Below, piece by piece: positions 27,997 to 41,572 of a stretch of DNA of 64,000 bases. The notes beneath the pieces were generated by a model that saw only the letters and a list, made by a program, of their open reading frames with translations, ran no database searches and had not been told where the DNA came from. The number at the start of each line of letters is the position of its first letter. Within the stretch, counting starts at the first letter, position 1. The stretch comes from Trichoplax adhaerens. Taxonomy: Eukaryota; Animalia; Placozoa. Location: positions 7,121,607 to 7,185,606 of the forward strand of contig NW_002060945.1 of assembly GCF_000150275.1 (NCBI RefSeq). Reading direction: 5' to 3'. The position numbers were made by a program, and so were the translations under genes.

Positions 27997-29354
27997 AATA
28001 AATTGCTTGTTGCTTGCAACTTTACAGTGTCAAGGTCAAGCCTTACCTTAAACACAGTAATTTTCATCTAAGATTTGCTTTGTGACGATGATAGAACAAC
28101 TTCGTATCTCTAACCATATGTGCGTACGGGTATATTGCCTATTTTGTAATTAATGTAGTCACTGATAACCTAGTCGTTATTGTACTCGAAAAATTGGCTG
28201 CGCTCTTAGCACAAGTTGATAAAGATAAATGACAAATATAGCTCGGTAACATAATAGCGCACTCAAATGTTTGTACTTGAAAAAAGTATTCTCGAAGACG
28301 TAGATAAATACCAGTAATTTATTTGACTGAAATTTTCTTAATCAATTTCACCATGCTATTAATTTATTGTAATAGATGTAAAGCCTTTATATAAATGCTA
28401 CTAAGTACAGCTTTTAATGGTCGTAGTAATGCATATTTATATATAAAGTAATTATAAGAGTTAACTTAAATTCGATATAACAATGAAAAAATGGCTATTT
28501 CTAACTATACAGAGATGTCGAATAAATTCTTGTTCCTAGATATCGATTGTATGTACTGTAAGGTATAAGTTGTAGATATAGGAAATTTTAACAACGTTAT
28601 TCTTAAATAAATGTACTATACGAGTATAATTTGAAAGACTCCATTTCTTTATGTTAATCAATAAGTATGAAATACTCCTAGACATTAAACTGTTAAAATA
28701 ACGATGGGGATTATTTCGTAATTTTTACAATAAAATTTCTTTTACTTTTAAAGCTTCATCTGAGCTTTGACGTTAGCTTTCTTTCGCTATTAATTTTTTG
28801 AACATAAACAATCTCACTTGCTGACTATTATAAAACAGTGGCAGTGCGTAATATCTTTATTACATAGACGATTCTCGCCATACTTCAAAGAATAAAATAT
28901 CCATTAGAGAAAGAGTTCATAAATTTAGCATCCTATATTTATGGCAATATATTTGCCCTGAGTAAGTTACCGTAAAATTAATTTCATACCCATGCATACG
29001 TTTACTAGGATTGCGGACATTGTTAATGTACTAAGTACCCATGGCATAAATTCGACGACAGCAGTCACAGCAAAATTATCTCATAAAACACATCGCCAGA
29101 CTATTAGAACATCTAAAACCCTTATTATACGTAATATATGTCTGTCTATACGTATTTATAATACTCTTAATTATATTACTGCGATAGGCGATTATAGAAA
29201 TGGAGAACCAAGTATGTCTAAAATGTTATATACATAAAGGGGATATTTGATAATTGTATTTCATGAAGTCATATAGCTAAATTATACTTTATGAGGAAGC
29301 CGTAGTACGGTTAGTATAATGATAAACGTGCTGTTCACGTGATTAGTAATAACT

Positions 29355-31972
29355 TCAATATTGCACTTCTTGCAAGCATTCTTCGACTAATTTCTTCACA
29401 TTAGGATTCTCTATAGCAGCAGCAACGCGTTCTTTGTCATTGATTTGCTTATTGACTATCAACAAAATCAGAAACAAGAACGCGATTTTAATGAGACAAT
29501 TTCTTGATTACAACCAATTTACTCTAGCAAAACTGATGGCAGCGCTATAAATTTAATATCCTTAACTTTTTAATATAAAATACAAAATAATGTTTAACTA
29601 TACCATACCGCCATCTTCGGTATCGTGACTTCCTTTGGTAACGTAAATATCTAACTAGATAATTACAAAAATATGCACGTTTTATTTTTAGATTCCTATT
29701 TTATGATACCATAACCTTACTTCTACTTTTTGTAGTAACGTGTGTAGCGTTTATGCATCACAGAGAATTATAATTATGCACACGGTAACCACGCCTCTAT
29801 ATTTCAAAGTGTTCAAAACTATTTCACATTCAGAGAAGACGTATCCACAGTAAATTATTTGTATTATATTATCTATAATTTTACTATTTCGCTCGCTATG
29901 ACTATTATTTTACAAAAAACTACACCAATAGTTGATGTAAGTTGTCAGTTCCTCTCTTACTTTATAATCTTGGTCCAGACATCGTTGTAACTTTACTCTA
30001 ATACATAGACCTATTAAAAAACATACAGTTAGTGTAAGCATACTTCCTTTTTATCTGAAAACCAATTCAGTATGCACCGCGATACACGTAATATAATTAA
30101 ATACATTTTATGTTTACATCTTTCAGATAATTTACCGTAGTTATTATTTTAAGCAAATTAAACAAATTTGATGCAGATATTATTATTTCAGAATACTAAT
30201 ACTATGACTTAAAAAGCATTGCATATTTTTTGCTTTGATCGGCTGTAAAATTATTCTACATTAAATTGACCGCACCGGCTTATTTTCAGTGATAGCTACA
30301 TGGAGCACTAACGTCATATTATTATTATATACCTATTACGATCCTTGATTAACGCTAAAATTACTTTTATGGCTGATCTTACGATAGATTAATGACCAGA
30401 ATAGTATTTCTTACGTACCAATTAATGTAGCTAATGAACAATGCGGAACTGTTGGAGTGAAATTAATCCGAATACAAGCTTCTCCTTGCTTCATATTTCG
30501 TACAAAGATCTCATCTTCAGTGACAACATTTAATTCTTCCAAGGTTTGAGGTAATTCTGGATCCTAGCAAAAAGTGAAATCGAATTTAATGGTGTTTTCA
30601 ACCTGGTGTAGTTATTGTTGATAAGAATATAACTGATAAATGTTTTGTTCTTAAGATATAAAGTCACTTACTTTGATATCGCGAATAAGTTCTGCACGTA
30701 AATTTTAATTGGATAGTACGTGTATATATAATTAAATAGAGAGAACGAAAAATATTAATATAATGTTGCTTCAATGCGACGTATATATACAATGCAACCA
30801 GGTATTGTAATGATAGAAAATTAAAATTACTGTCTTGCAGTTAGAAAACTTTAGCAACACGAATATTCTACAATACTAATAGCATGAAACTGGAGTAGAA
30901 TTGCGGCATATAGTTAATATTTCGATAGTTCCAATTTATATTTCAGTCTACAGTATTTGGATTTTTATTCTTATTAATTATAATTATGCGTCAATTTAAA
31001 TATAGCTGCTCGCATACGTCAATAAAAATACACACTATAGACGCACTGCATAACCCCATTCGTAATTTGTTGAAAGAATTTCCATGGCGCGTAGGTTAGC
31101 GAATGGCATAGCTACGTAACTGATGTTATAGGTATATGAGGCTATATCTAGATTTGAGGTTTGACTTTACTCTTCATAAGGGTATACAATAGGGATTACT
31201 GTACAATTGTACATTTTACACTTTAATAGTATAACAATTGATTAAGCAGGAATAAATAGACAGTTTAGTAGGCAAACCTAAAGCAAAGTTAGAACTTCAT
31301 TGCCTATTTCAGTAATAAATCTTATTTGTATAGGATTGTACATATGGTGGTTGATTGTAATCATCAATTTTAATGGATCAGTGCTATTCACATAGCTGCA
31401 TAGAATCAAGATTTGCATGAAATTTGGTATCGCAATATTCTTTAGCAGACCTTTATCATCGCAACTACTCGTATTGATTAATTAATTACGCGAACAGAAC
31501 CATCTGGAACCTTTAAGTAAGTTATTGCTAGTATATGGATAATCTATTTGACGCCGATATTATACTGTTAGGTATCGCTATCATAAAGCAAAATGGAATC
31601 GTTCACCGTGCAGAATGTGTAACTGTACACCCGGTCGATGTGATGTTGGTATGTACCAGTAGGCACAGTACTATGTAAATGATATTTGTACAGGGGTATA
31701 TTGGCAGGTACATTACAGCTTGATCATATATATATCTATACTACGTAAGATCACTAACATCCAAGCATTTTGCAACCTAAGTGCTGAATAAAGACCTCAT
31801 GTAGACAAAATAGAAAGAAAATGCGCCTATTGCACAGAAGTTACATCAATTTACCAAATATTTGACTACAGAGCTTCTGGTTATCACTGCTGTCGGCAAA
31901 GTTGGATGATCCACTATTGCATGATGCAGGTTGTTGGTAAAATTGATTGGCTAAAAGACAGTTTGTATCCAT
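29355..31972 (-). CDS. CIAO2A: Cytosolic Fe-S assembly component CIAO2A (FAM96A/MIP18 family), 6 small exons missed by the ORF track; start codon tentative
   Basis: Spliced translation ...[24 protein letters not shown]...[78 protein letters not shown] and KQIND are the A-type signatures (FAM96B has PHCSM and KQLAD). Confidence 0.93.
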
Positions 31973-32147
31973 TAACGTATAAATTTTGCTTTATCCATTA
32001 AAATTATCCTTTAATAAATGAAATGTGAACCAATCACGAAGGGGAAGAAGGATCCAGCAAGCAAGAAAAAAATATTTCTTAACAGGAAACGTAATTCATT
32101 TTGAAAGATTGATTTTGCGAGAGTTAAGACGTTTAGACTGGTTACCT

Positions 32148-32460
32148 GAGTACAGTACAGTAGCGTACTCAACAGTATTGCTACACTTTATCAGTACTGA
32201 GCTTACCATACTGTACTGTACAGTACTATAGAGTTATGGGCTTCAGTGCACAGTACTGTAAAGTACAGTAAAAGTTGATGCTCGATTGTACTGTACACTG
32301 TACGGTATTGTACCGCACAGTAGTCGTAGTCAACGACTGGAAGTATACGGACGTACAGATGGATCAAGTACAGAACAGTACAGCACGGTAAAATAAAACC
32401 CATAAAAACCTCTACTGTACTGTACTGTACTGTATGCCTGTACCAGCTTTCATTCTGTAC
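32148..32460. repeat. (TACTG/CAGTA)n cluster upstream of CIAO2A
   Basis: gtacagtacagtag, actgtactgtacagtac, tactgtactgtactgtactgta. Confidence 0.8.
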
Positions 32461-33814
32461 AACACATCATGTTTCATACTCTTATTTTATAGCATTTCTC
32501 GGTACACATCATAAAAATAAATTTACTCTTTATATACCTAAGATTTAGCTATTGGAAGTAGTTGATATAAGACTTTCTTGGTTTTATGGTACTGTACTAT
32601 AAATTATTCAATCTTCATGCATTAGAATTTTGAATACAATGGAGATACTATGACACTATGCATTATTTGATACAGCTGGAACACGATTTCCAGGTAAAAT
32701 GGAAATTCAGAAATAATAATCCGAGAAATTAAATGACATGCAATCAGTAGACTTTCTGTATGTATAGTAAAATATTCAGATAAGAGATTAAAACAATAAA
32801 AATCATTTACCTTAATTTCCTTTAATTTATTTATCACAAATTTAGCAAAGGCTAATGCAGCTAGTCAACTTTTTAGTATGATAATATAATACACGTAAAA
32901 TAGGGTTATAAAATCTTGGAAGCATAGTAGATCTCTGTATCAAACCAACGTCTTTCGCCCACGTAGCTCAAGCTCAAGCACTAAGCAGTAAATACGTACT
33001 GTAACTAATTTTACTGCACGATCAAAATTTCAATTTTCATGTATTTATACAGTAATATAATCTACAATAGGCGTATCAAGTATACGCGAACACGATACTG
33101 TATAAGCAATCGCATTGAAATGTAAGTTATTAATAATTATAATTATAGTATAATGTAAGAGTACAACAGCGGCGAAAATACGATTAATAAACCTTTGGTA
33201 ATAGTCTTAACTGCAATAGCTGTAATAGAATCTTGAGCGAATAGCTTATCAATAATACGAAAAAATGAAATATTAAACGCGTAGTTGTGTAATGTGATTT
33301 ACCATTAAGTATACTATAGCAAACATAATAGGTATACAATAATACAATTTTATTTTTGACTTATTGATCGGTACTATCTAGCCATTAATACTTGCACATT
33401 ACGTTTACTGAATTACGTTATCATTAAAATTAGCTGCATCATTCCATCGAAATAAGTGAAGGAAACTTTTAGTTTAAAAATACAGTAACTATTTTATTTA
33501 TTGGTAGTAAAGAGAACATTGTCCTCTTATGTAGTACAAGCGAGATATGTTTGAGAAACTGAACAAGCTATTAATATTAGAAAAGAAATAATTATAATCG
33601 TCATTTTGTTAATCTAGTATTAGTATGATATCGCAATCATTCACAATCTAACGATAATGTCAATATTTGAAACATGCTCATAATATGTGAGAAAATGCAG
33701 TCTGATGAATAAGACTACACCATATTATTTTCAAGTTTTAAAAACGCCGAAAGTATATGATATGCTCCTGTTTGAAATCATGGTAAGAAACGTAATGAAT
33801 GATACCACACTTGA

Positions 33815-36800
33815 TCAACATATCCCGAGTCGTGTCGACAAGGTCCTCTTAGGATGCTGGTTGCCAACTGTTTTCGCAGAATCTGTTTGTGTAGACGCTG
33901 GTATAACTCGAACCTTCTTGGAGAAGTTTTTATAGAACAATCTTCTAAAGGTGTTTTGAAATTTTCGACTCCGAATTAAAAATATATAAGGATTAATGAT
34001 ACTATTAATGCATACAACAAGAAGTAGAGTATAGGTCGTATGAAGAGAATAGGCTACAGCATTAAACATTTGTAACACATTGATTATAGTGTAAGGAGTA
34101 AACGAAATGAAGTAGACAAAAAATATAATAAAGAATGTTACGGTTAGTTTCGTTTCTTTTTTGCTATATTTTATTCTATTATTTTTGGGCTCAGGCAAAT
34201 TATGAACTTGTAGATTCTGCTTACTTTTTCTTACGATTATATAAATCTTATAATAACAAGTACCGATAATCACTGTTGGCATAACATAGTAAATTACTGT
34301 AGCAGCTAATAGAACTATAATATCCTCAAGAGGCTGATCAGCAGTATGTGATATCAGGCAGAGACCAACTGTAGGAAAATGAGTGAACTTTGTAAAGAAG
34401 CCAAAGGTAGATGGTGAAGCGGACAATATCGCCAACAACCAAGATAACATAACTGCGATAATACTATTTTTAGGTGTACACCAACTTTTATATCGATGAG
34501 GGTAAGCCATCATAATGTACCTAGTGAACGCCATAATTGTCATGATAAAAATATCTGCTACGGCAAATACTACCATCAAACCATAACGAAATCGACATTC
34601 AAAATCATTGTGAGAGTAGATAGGCTTTTTGACTGATTGAAGATATACCGGCATGATATTTAGGGCACTTAAAATAGATGAATAAATATCAATACATTAC
34701 ATCATATAATTTTATACTACGTCATCGTAGCTCAATAACATATATAACTAAGGTTGCATTGGCGTACAAAACACATGCTGAAAACATATAAGAATAATTA
34801 TATATGGCTGTGCCATAAAGAAGATTGATATTGAGTAATACTGTCATCTAATCTAATTTTATTTAGAATTAAACAATGCAACTTACATTTATAGCAAAAT
34901 TTAAATAACGCTATTACTGGATAATGTAATTTAATGATGCTGGGCAATTAAACCGCCCTATATTAATTGGTATTCATGCATCATCGAATACGGTATACAT
35001 CTGCAATTATATAATTACCCATATACGTATTTCGTGCGTAAGCTGAACAGTCTTAATCAACTATCATGTCATTATCGATATAGTTTGTATCATTGTCGAT
35101 TATGAAAGTCATTTACGTTTAGCATATAACTTTTCTGTGTTCGTGCAGTTTTATAATAATCGCAATTATGCCTGACACGGCATCACAATGGTTAATTAAT
35201 GGGTTAAGACTGCACGAGATTCAATATTGACATATATCAATAAGTAGGATAACAATCGCAGACTCCTTCACAAGCGTATTCTCGCATAGCATACGATACG
35301 AAGTCAGCTGCTTTTCAAAAATTAGCGATGCTATGTCATCATCCCCTTGGTTTCAGAGTCAGTAAGATTGCAAACATTCATATTTTGAAGCCATACTGTA
35401 GAATATTTGTCGTACTTTTTAAGAAAATGATATTGCACCTTCGTAGCAAAAAAGACAATATGTAAAATATGATAATTAACCCGTAGTGACTCTAGAACTT
35501 AACCCAAACAACCAAAAGCTGTGTATGATATTATTCTTAACAACTTTGCAGGATACGTACAGCAAGGATAAGTTGATAAGTATATTCACAATTAATAATT
35601 TACGTCCTAAATCGTGCCTTGCAGTATTATTAATCAGATTTTATGAGACTTTGCCAAAATATAAGTAGTATTTTCAAAATCATACAGTACCAATTTGGGA
35701 TTCTAAACAATTCTAACATATCTCTTATTTTTGATTGGGTATCGTACACTTACTACTGATATGTTTTCATCTGCTAGCGTTAAGCTAAGATTTCCAAGCC
35801 ATAAGGGTAATACAGTGCCTTGAGTAGGTTTACAAATTTTCAGACTACGGGCGATTTTATTAGCTGTATTAATTGATTTTTAATGACAAATCATAATATC
35901 AATTAAATTAAAGGAAATTAAGATAAATATCATAAACTAAATCAGTAAGGAAAAATAATTAGAGAAAGCACGCAAAGAGAAATTTACTAAATAGGACAGA
36001 TAGAATTATTGGGCAGAATAAAAAATGGCCATTTCATTGATTTCTACAGCTAGAAACAAAATGCTATAATTAAAATGCGTACAGTAGTTTCTATTAAGGA
36101 ATGATTTCCCATTATCAACTATACGCTTCTTAGCTAGACTTCTATTAACAAAGTAAATGCATAGGTGCTTGTGGCTTTAGCTAAAAGAGTAAAAATGCGT
36201 CACCTGGATTATAATTTTTTTTAATCCATTTTTTGATCGAGATCTTATTTTGAGATACTTTTAGCTATAAAATGTGTACGAAATATCGTTAAAATAAGTG
36301 TTTTTTTAACAATTAATTTAGTATCAAAGAATTTCCCTCCTTGTAAGTAAAAGCGAGACTATAGTTTTAATTTCTGGCCTTAATTAAAAGATGCTAAGCA
36401 ATATTATTTTTATGAAGTAGTATCCAGAAATATGAAATGAAAATGGCATTTACTTTCATGATAAGATCAATATAGAATAGAGTATATTAGAAAGGAAAGA
36501 TCGGTCTCAAAGCTTATTAGAGACTTCATTCATGTAATACTTAGTATTGCAGAAGTGCTAGCATGCACAGGAAACTCCAGGCACCGGTCACAATTTAGTT
36601 TACTTACGGTAAAATAAGCATTAGCCGTGCTACAATATTCTACAGGATAAATTATATAAATTATTGTATAGCATACATATAGAACATTTTCGTTGATTAT
36701 TATTAAAATTAAATTAGATAATATATAAATAAATTGATTTATGGAACGTTGCTACGGGAATTGTAACTACCTCTAGGGATTGCAAGCAAAATCAGGTATT

Positions 36801-37314
36801 TACCATAGATAAAATGTACAAGATTTTATGTTACACCAGATAAATTTTAATAATTAACTAAATAATAACGACAGCCAATTCATAAATCTTCTTCTGCTAT
36901 AAACTTAAGATACAGATACTAAAGAAGAAAGGGGATCCATATCGTACTACACATTAATTGAAATTATAATTAAAATTTACTATTTATGACATTGTTGCTA
37001 TAATATACGATAACATAATTAATGATTTCGATACAGCATAAGTGGTCCTCTTACCTTGCAATTACGTACAAGAAATCCGCTAGTGCCAAATTTAAAATTT
37101 GTACATCGTTAACTGAGATTTTTCTGATCTTCCAAAACATATAGAATGAGAGTAGACCATTACCAACCAAACCGATTATTAAATAGGCAATTAAAGTGCT
37201 TATAAAGAAATTATGTCCATAAAAAGTTTCACTTATTGGGAATACAGTCGAAGTTAAGTTAGCATTCAGCGTGGTAGAGTTTATGCGAATTAGATTTATA
37301 TCTTCAATTTCCAT
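33815..37314 (-). CDS. Orphan rhodopsin-class (family A) GPCR, exons 37314-37055 and 34667-33815, ~370 aa
   Basis: GLVGN (TM1), ILNLALADF (TM2), MAFTRY (DRY equivalent), SWLLA..P (TM4), MP..IIGTCYYKI (TM5), SFTPY (TM6), NSIINPYIF (TM7). Phase-2 GT-AG intron of ~2.4 kb joins the exons in frame. Confidence 0.9.
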
Positions 37315-40300
37315 GGTATATTGTAAAATTAGGTTTTCTTGTGACAAGTTAGAAATGAAGCATACGTTTATTAGTATATAAATTACCTCAAAATTGTATT
37401 GAATTAATACGTAATCAGATATTTTCTGAGGCGATCTCGTACGAAAGTATTTAGGATAAGAGATGCTTACCTTTTTGTCTAATATCGTTTAGTAAAAGTC
37501 ATAAAAGCTAGAATATAGATACACAGTAATTAGTTGACAAGATTGCTTATTTTTTATTTCTTACATATGTTATGTCCTAAAGTAGCAAATATTTCACTTT
37601 ATCCTATTCAGTCCTATATCTTTGAATTCAGTAAATGTCCGGTCTACTTTTATAAAGCGAGGTAATGTACCATCTAAAGATCGGTCAGTATTTTATTGGA
37701 AAAGGAATGGCAAATTGCTAAGAATCTATCTGCATCTATCATTCTTTATTAATCTAAATAATTTTTAAACAATATGAAAAAGTACAGACAGTAAATAAAA
37801 GAATTTAAATAGCCTTTGAATCACATAAAATAGGATGTAATTCATACAATTGGTTGAATATGTTCATAATTAGCCAGTTTCTTTAAAATTATATTATAAA
37901 CATTAATAGAATCTAAGTATTAACGGTTTAGAGGAAAAGTATTACTTAATTTGATGAAGATGATTTTATGTCCATTTATTAAATTTAAGCTTACCCGAAC
38001 TTATAAAACTTTTATGCAGGATAGTCACGAAAGAAGATTAAAACTGTCCTTATGGCTGTGCACAATAATCGATTTGTTATATTGTACTCACATTTTTAAA
38101 TAGCTTATTTGCAATTAAGTCTCTGTCATGTTCTTTTATTCATTGACATTTAATAAGTGTCCTAAGAGTTTGATTCTTATTTGTTTTGAGTCGGTTCCTG
38201 ATTCGCTTAGTTACTGGCACATGAAGTCTTTTTCAAATAGCTCTGTTAAGTAGTGTACAGATGTAAATGGGTTTAGATTTACAATATTTGAATAACTAAA
38301 AGCGCTGCAAGAATCGAGAAACAGTTCATTTTGCTATCCTTATTTATTTATTATACTAGTGATTTTTTGTATCTTTAGTTATAGCTGATAATTAACCTAC
38401 AAGATTAATTGATATTACAGTATAATTGATTTTTTTTAGTGGTGCATTCGTAGACAATAAATAAATTATTGCGCCAATTAGAAATGTATTCTATGAAAAC
38501 CTTTATTCATTACCAAATTTCAAAGAACAGATACAGGACAACAATGTCTTAAATAATGTAACTTAATGTTTTTAAACATCGAGGATCTTTCGTTTGTAAT
38601 GATATGATTTTAAAAAATAACAAAAACAACCTCTTCTATTATTTCAATTGAGAGAGTGCCAATTTGTATTTGGTGTTGCACAGATTTGTTTTATTGCTAA
38701 TGGCTTCAAAAGCGGACGCTATTGGGAGTAGTCCATCCTACGGACTGTATAGTAGAAAAAATGATTGTAATAAGAATCCAATTAATATATATATTTTACC
38801 GGAAAAGTATTGACGATTTCTATTCTTAATTGTAAAGCTAGAAAATTAATTTATAGTCAAAATGACATGTTCATCGTAATAACTCAAGACGAGGTTTAGA
38901 TTTATCTAGACTCACGCCGTTACGGCGCTGCTATCGGATTAATACATAATCATACATTACTTTCATGTGTCTCTACTTTATGGTTGTAACATACTCTATG
39001 TTTAAAAAAAATGCGAAAAGATTGCAGTTACGAAATTAATACTACAAGATAGCTTAATTATATCATTATGATAATTCAATTCTACCTTTATGCTAGTCTG
39101 AACGAGTATGACAATGTTAAAATTTTTTCTATACGAAATATGAAAGATAGGTATAGAGCCATAAAATTGAAGCTAATTATACAATAGACCATATAGATTT
39201 CCAATTATTAAGTTTATTCACATGCAAGTTCCTTACTCCTCGAGTAAAGCCATCCTAGAGATCACATGTTCGCTTTTGAGTCTACATATATTGTATTAAT
39301 TAATTCGGGAAAAATGAGCCTGCTATTGCTAATTTCTTTAGTACTTTTCTCTATAGATTTCTCGATTCGGTATATATAACTTTCAATGTCTAGAATATAC
39401 GTAGCTATCTAAATTATAGTCATCGCAGGATGCGAAGCAAGAAATAGTTACGTCTGCTTTAGTAAATATGAGAACATCCGATTGACTATTTAATATTTCG
39501 AGTACTGTGTAAGTGCGCAATAGAAAGTTTAAGACGGGCGATCATTTTCGCAACTGTATGGATTATAATTATGGAAACGCTTCGAGTTCAAAATTGGGCA
39601 ATGAATCCATGTTGCTGTACCGGCATATACCAGCAGTAGAGTATTACTGTGTGATAAGTGATTCCTTAGTCACACACCGTCGCTGTTATGCTTCTCGATA
39701 CAGCGTAAATGAGCAATAGAGTATTCTGCGTCATCATAGAGATAAATATTGACAACGTTCTATAATTTAAAATTTTTTTCTTTTATCCCTTTGTGCAGTT
39801 AGTCACTCATTTAGAAATCAGATTTCTTGTCGTGCTTAAGACCATAAAGTTATTAGTACTACTGGATGAGTTGAGTACAGTACTTGGAAGCGAAAACACG
39901 TCATTGAATAGTTAAAAACTATCCAGTGTTTATGTACCGATCGTGAAAAAAAGCATCTGCTTTTCTCGGTTAATATCATAATTTGATCATTGAACGGTGC
40001 TAATATAGCCTGAAAAAAGAAGATCCATATGAAGAGGCTAATATTATTTGCAAAAATCGACGAGTATAGCGAATCACCCAAAAATGGCTAAAATTTCAGA
40101 ATTGGATATAAAATTTGCAATTTCTGTGTTTGCCTGAATTCATTAAAAAAGAATAAAAATAAGGAAAAGTAATCAACATTTATACTGTATATCTGTCTAC
40201 GTGACTACGTGTACATGTTTTTTATATACTGCATATTTCAATTTCATTTAATTCCAGTTGGGATGTGCAAAAAGCTCCTTCTAAACAAGTACATGCCAAT

Positions 40301-40390
40301 GTCCCCGCAATAACGGTGTCCATTGTTCCAGTACAGCATTATTAATTAATTCAGTTGAGAGACTACTGCTACTAGTGATCAATGGGGGGG

Positions 40391-40590
40391 GGGCTATGGG
40401 TGCACTGGTGCATGGACATGGATGGATGGACAACTGAACCGTACTGTACTGTACTGTCTGTCTGTACATACTGTACAGTACTGTAATATTTTTTCATTTT
40501 ACCATTATGGCAGGTACTGTACTGTACAGTACAGACAGGTGTATGGTTCAGTTTTCAATTGTCCATCCATCCACGTCCAGTCCATAGCCC
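40391..40590. mobile_element. 200-bp foldback / MITE-like element with GGGCTATGG...CCATAGCCC termini
   Basis: Left arm gggctatgg..tggacatggatggatggacaactgaaccgtac..tgtctgtac pairs with right arm gtacagacagg..tatggttcagtt..ttgtccatccatccacgtcca..ccatagccc. No TSD seen. Confidence 0.55.
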
Positions 40591-41019
40591 TCGAGATTCG
40601 TGACCCGTCATAAGACTCATGACAGTATAGTACTGTACGTGACCCATACAGTACATTACAGTACAGTACAGTACTGTACACTGTACAGTACAGTCTGAAC
40701 TAGTCTGGACTACAGTAGTCTAGTCTAGTCCAGACTGTTTAAGTTAAAAAATCAATCAATCAATTTTAAAAGTTAGTAATTTCCCAATAGCTTCACGGCA
40801 GTCATCACTGGCAGCCTGCTGATATAAATTTATAAGGAATTTTATTTACTTAAAGTGGCCTATCGCGGTTTAAAATTGCTAATCCAACGCTATCTTTTGT
40901 CATTTTTTAAAATGGCGTTGTACTGTATCAGAATTTGAAACGGCGATAGTTGACTTTTAGTAAATAGAATTCCTTGACAAATTAGTGTGCAGCATACTGT
41001 ATCAGGAGATCGGCACTCA

Positions 41020-41240
41020 TGTACAGTACAGTACAGTACTGTCGATTTTTGAACACAGTGTACAGTGTACCGTGTAGTGTACAGTACTGTACTGTCGATT
41101 TTTGAACACAGTGTACAGTGTACAGTGTACAGTGTACAGTGTACAGTACTGTACTGAACTGTCGATTTTTGAACACAGTCTACAGTGTACAGTGTACAGT
41201 ACTGTACTGTATGCCTTGAGCATAGTACTGTACTGTACAG
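41020..41240. repeat. Minisatellite: three copies of ACTGTCGATTTTTGAACACAGT separated by variable (GTACAGT)n
   Basis: cores at ~41038, ~41091 and ~41158. Confidence 0.9.
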
Positions 41241-41572
41241 TTTTCGACGTGTGTTCCAAAATTCGCGTATTCAACCGACAGCCAGCAAAAAATGTTCAGG
41301 CCAGTTATTATTGCGGTCATTTTACTATACGCTAAGACTCTAACTGTACATCATATAGTACAAAACCAACTTGGCAGCGCGATCGTGCACCCGGGGAATG
41401 GTCAGGCCGTACGCCGTACTACAGTTGAAATGACCAGCAAAATCGTCGGCCTATCAACTGCTAGCAATAGATAGCTCAAGGGTCGTGTTCTGCCACTCTC
41501 TACTGACAACTGGCTCATTCAGTGCTGTATCCAGTCCGCAGTCAACGCCGAGTCCATGTTATTGCTCAAGCA

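Noticed and set aside
33990-34030. Possible opsin identity of the class A GPCR
   Set aside because: Position 7.43 (retinal-binding Lys296 equivalent) is Cys, and I see no other opsin signature
41020-41240. CRISPR-like repeat-spacer appearance
   Set aside because: The spacers are the same GTACAGT microsatellite, the context is eukaryotic, and no cas genes are present
40281-41335. Short ORFs rich in YSTVQ/CTVLY (also 32025-32403 and 24237-24446)
   Set aside because: These are translations of the TACAG repeats, not proteins
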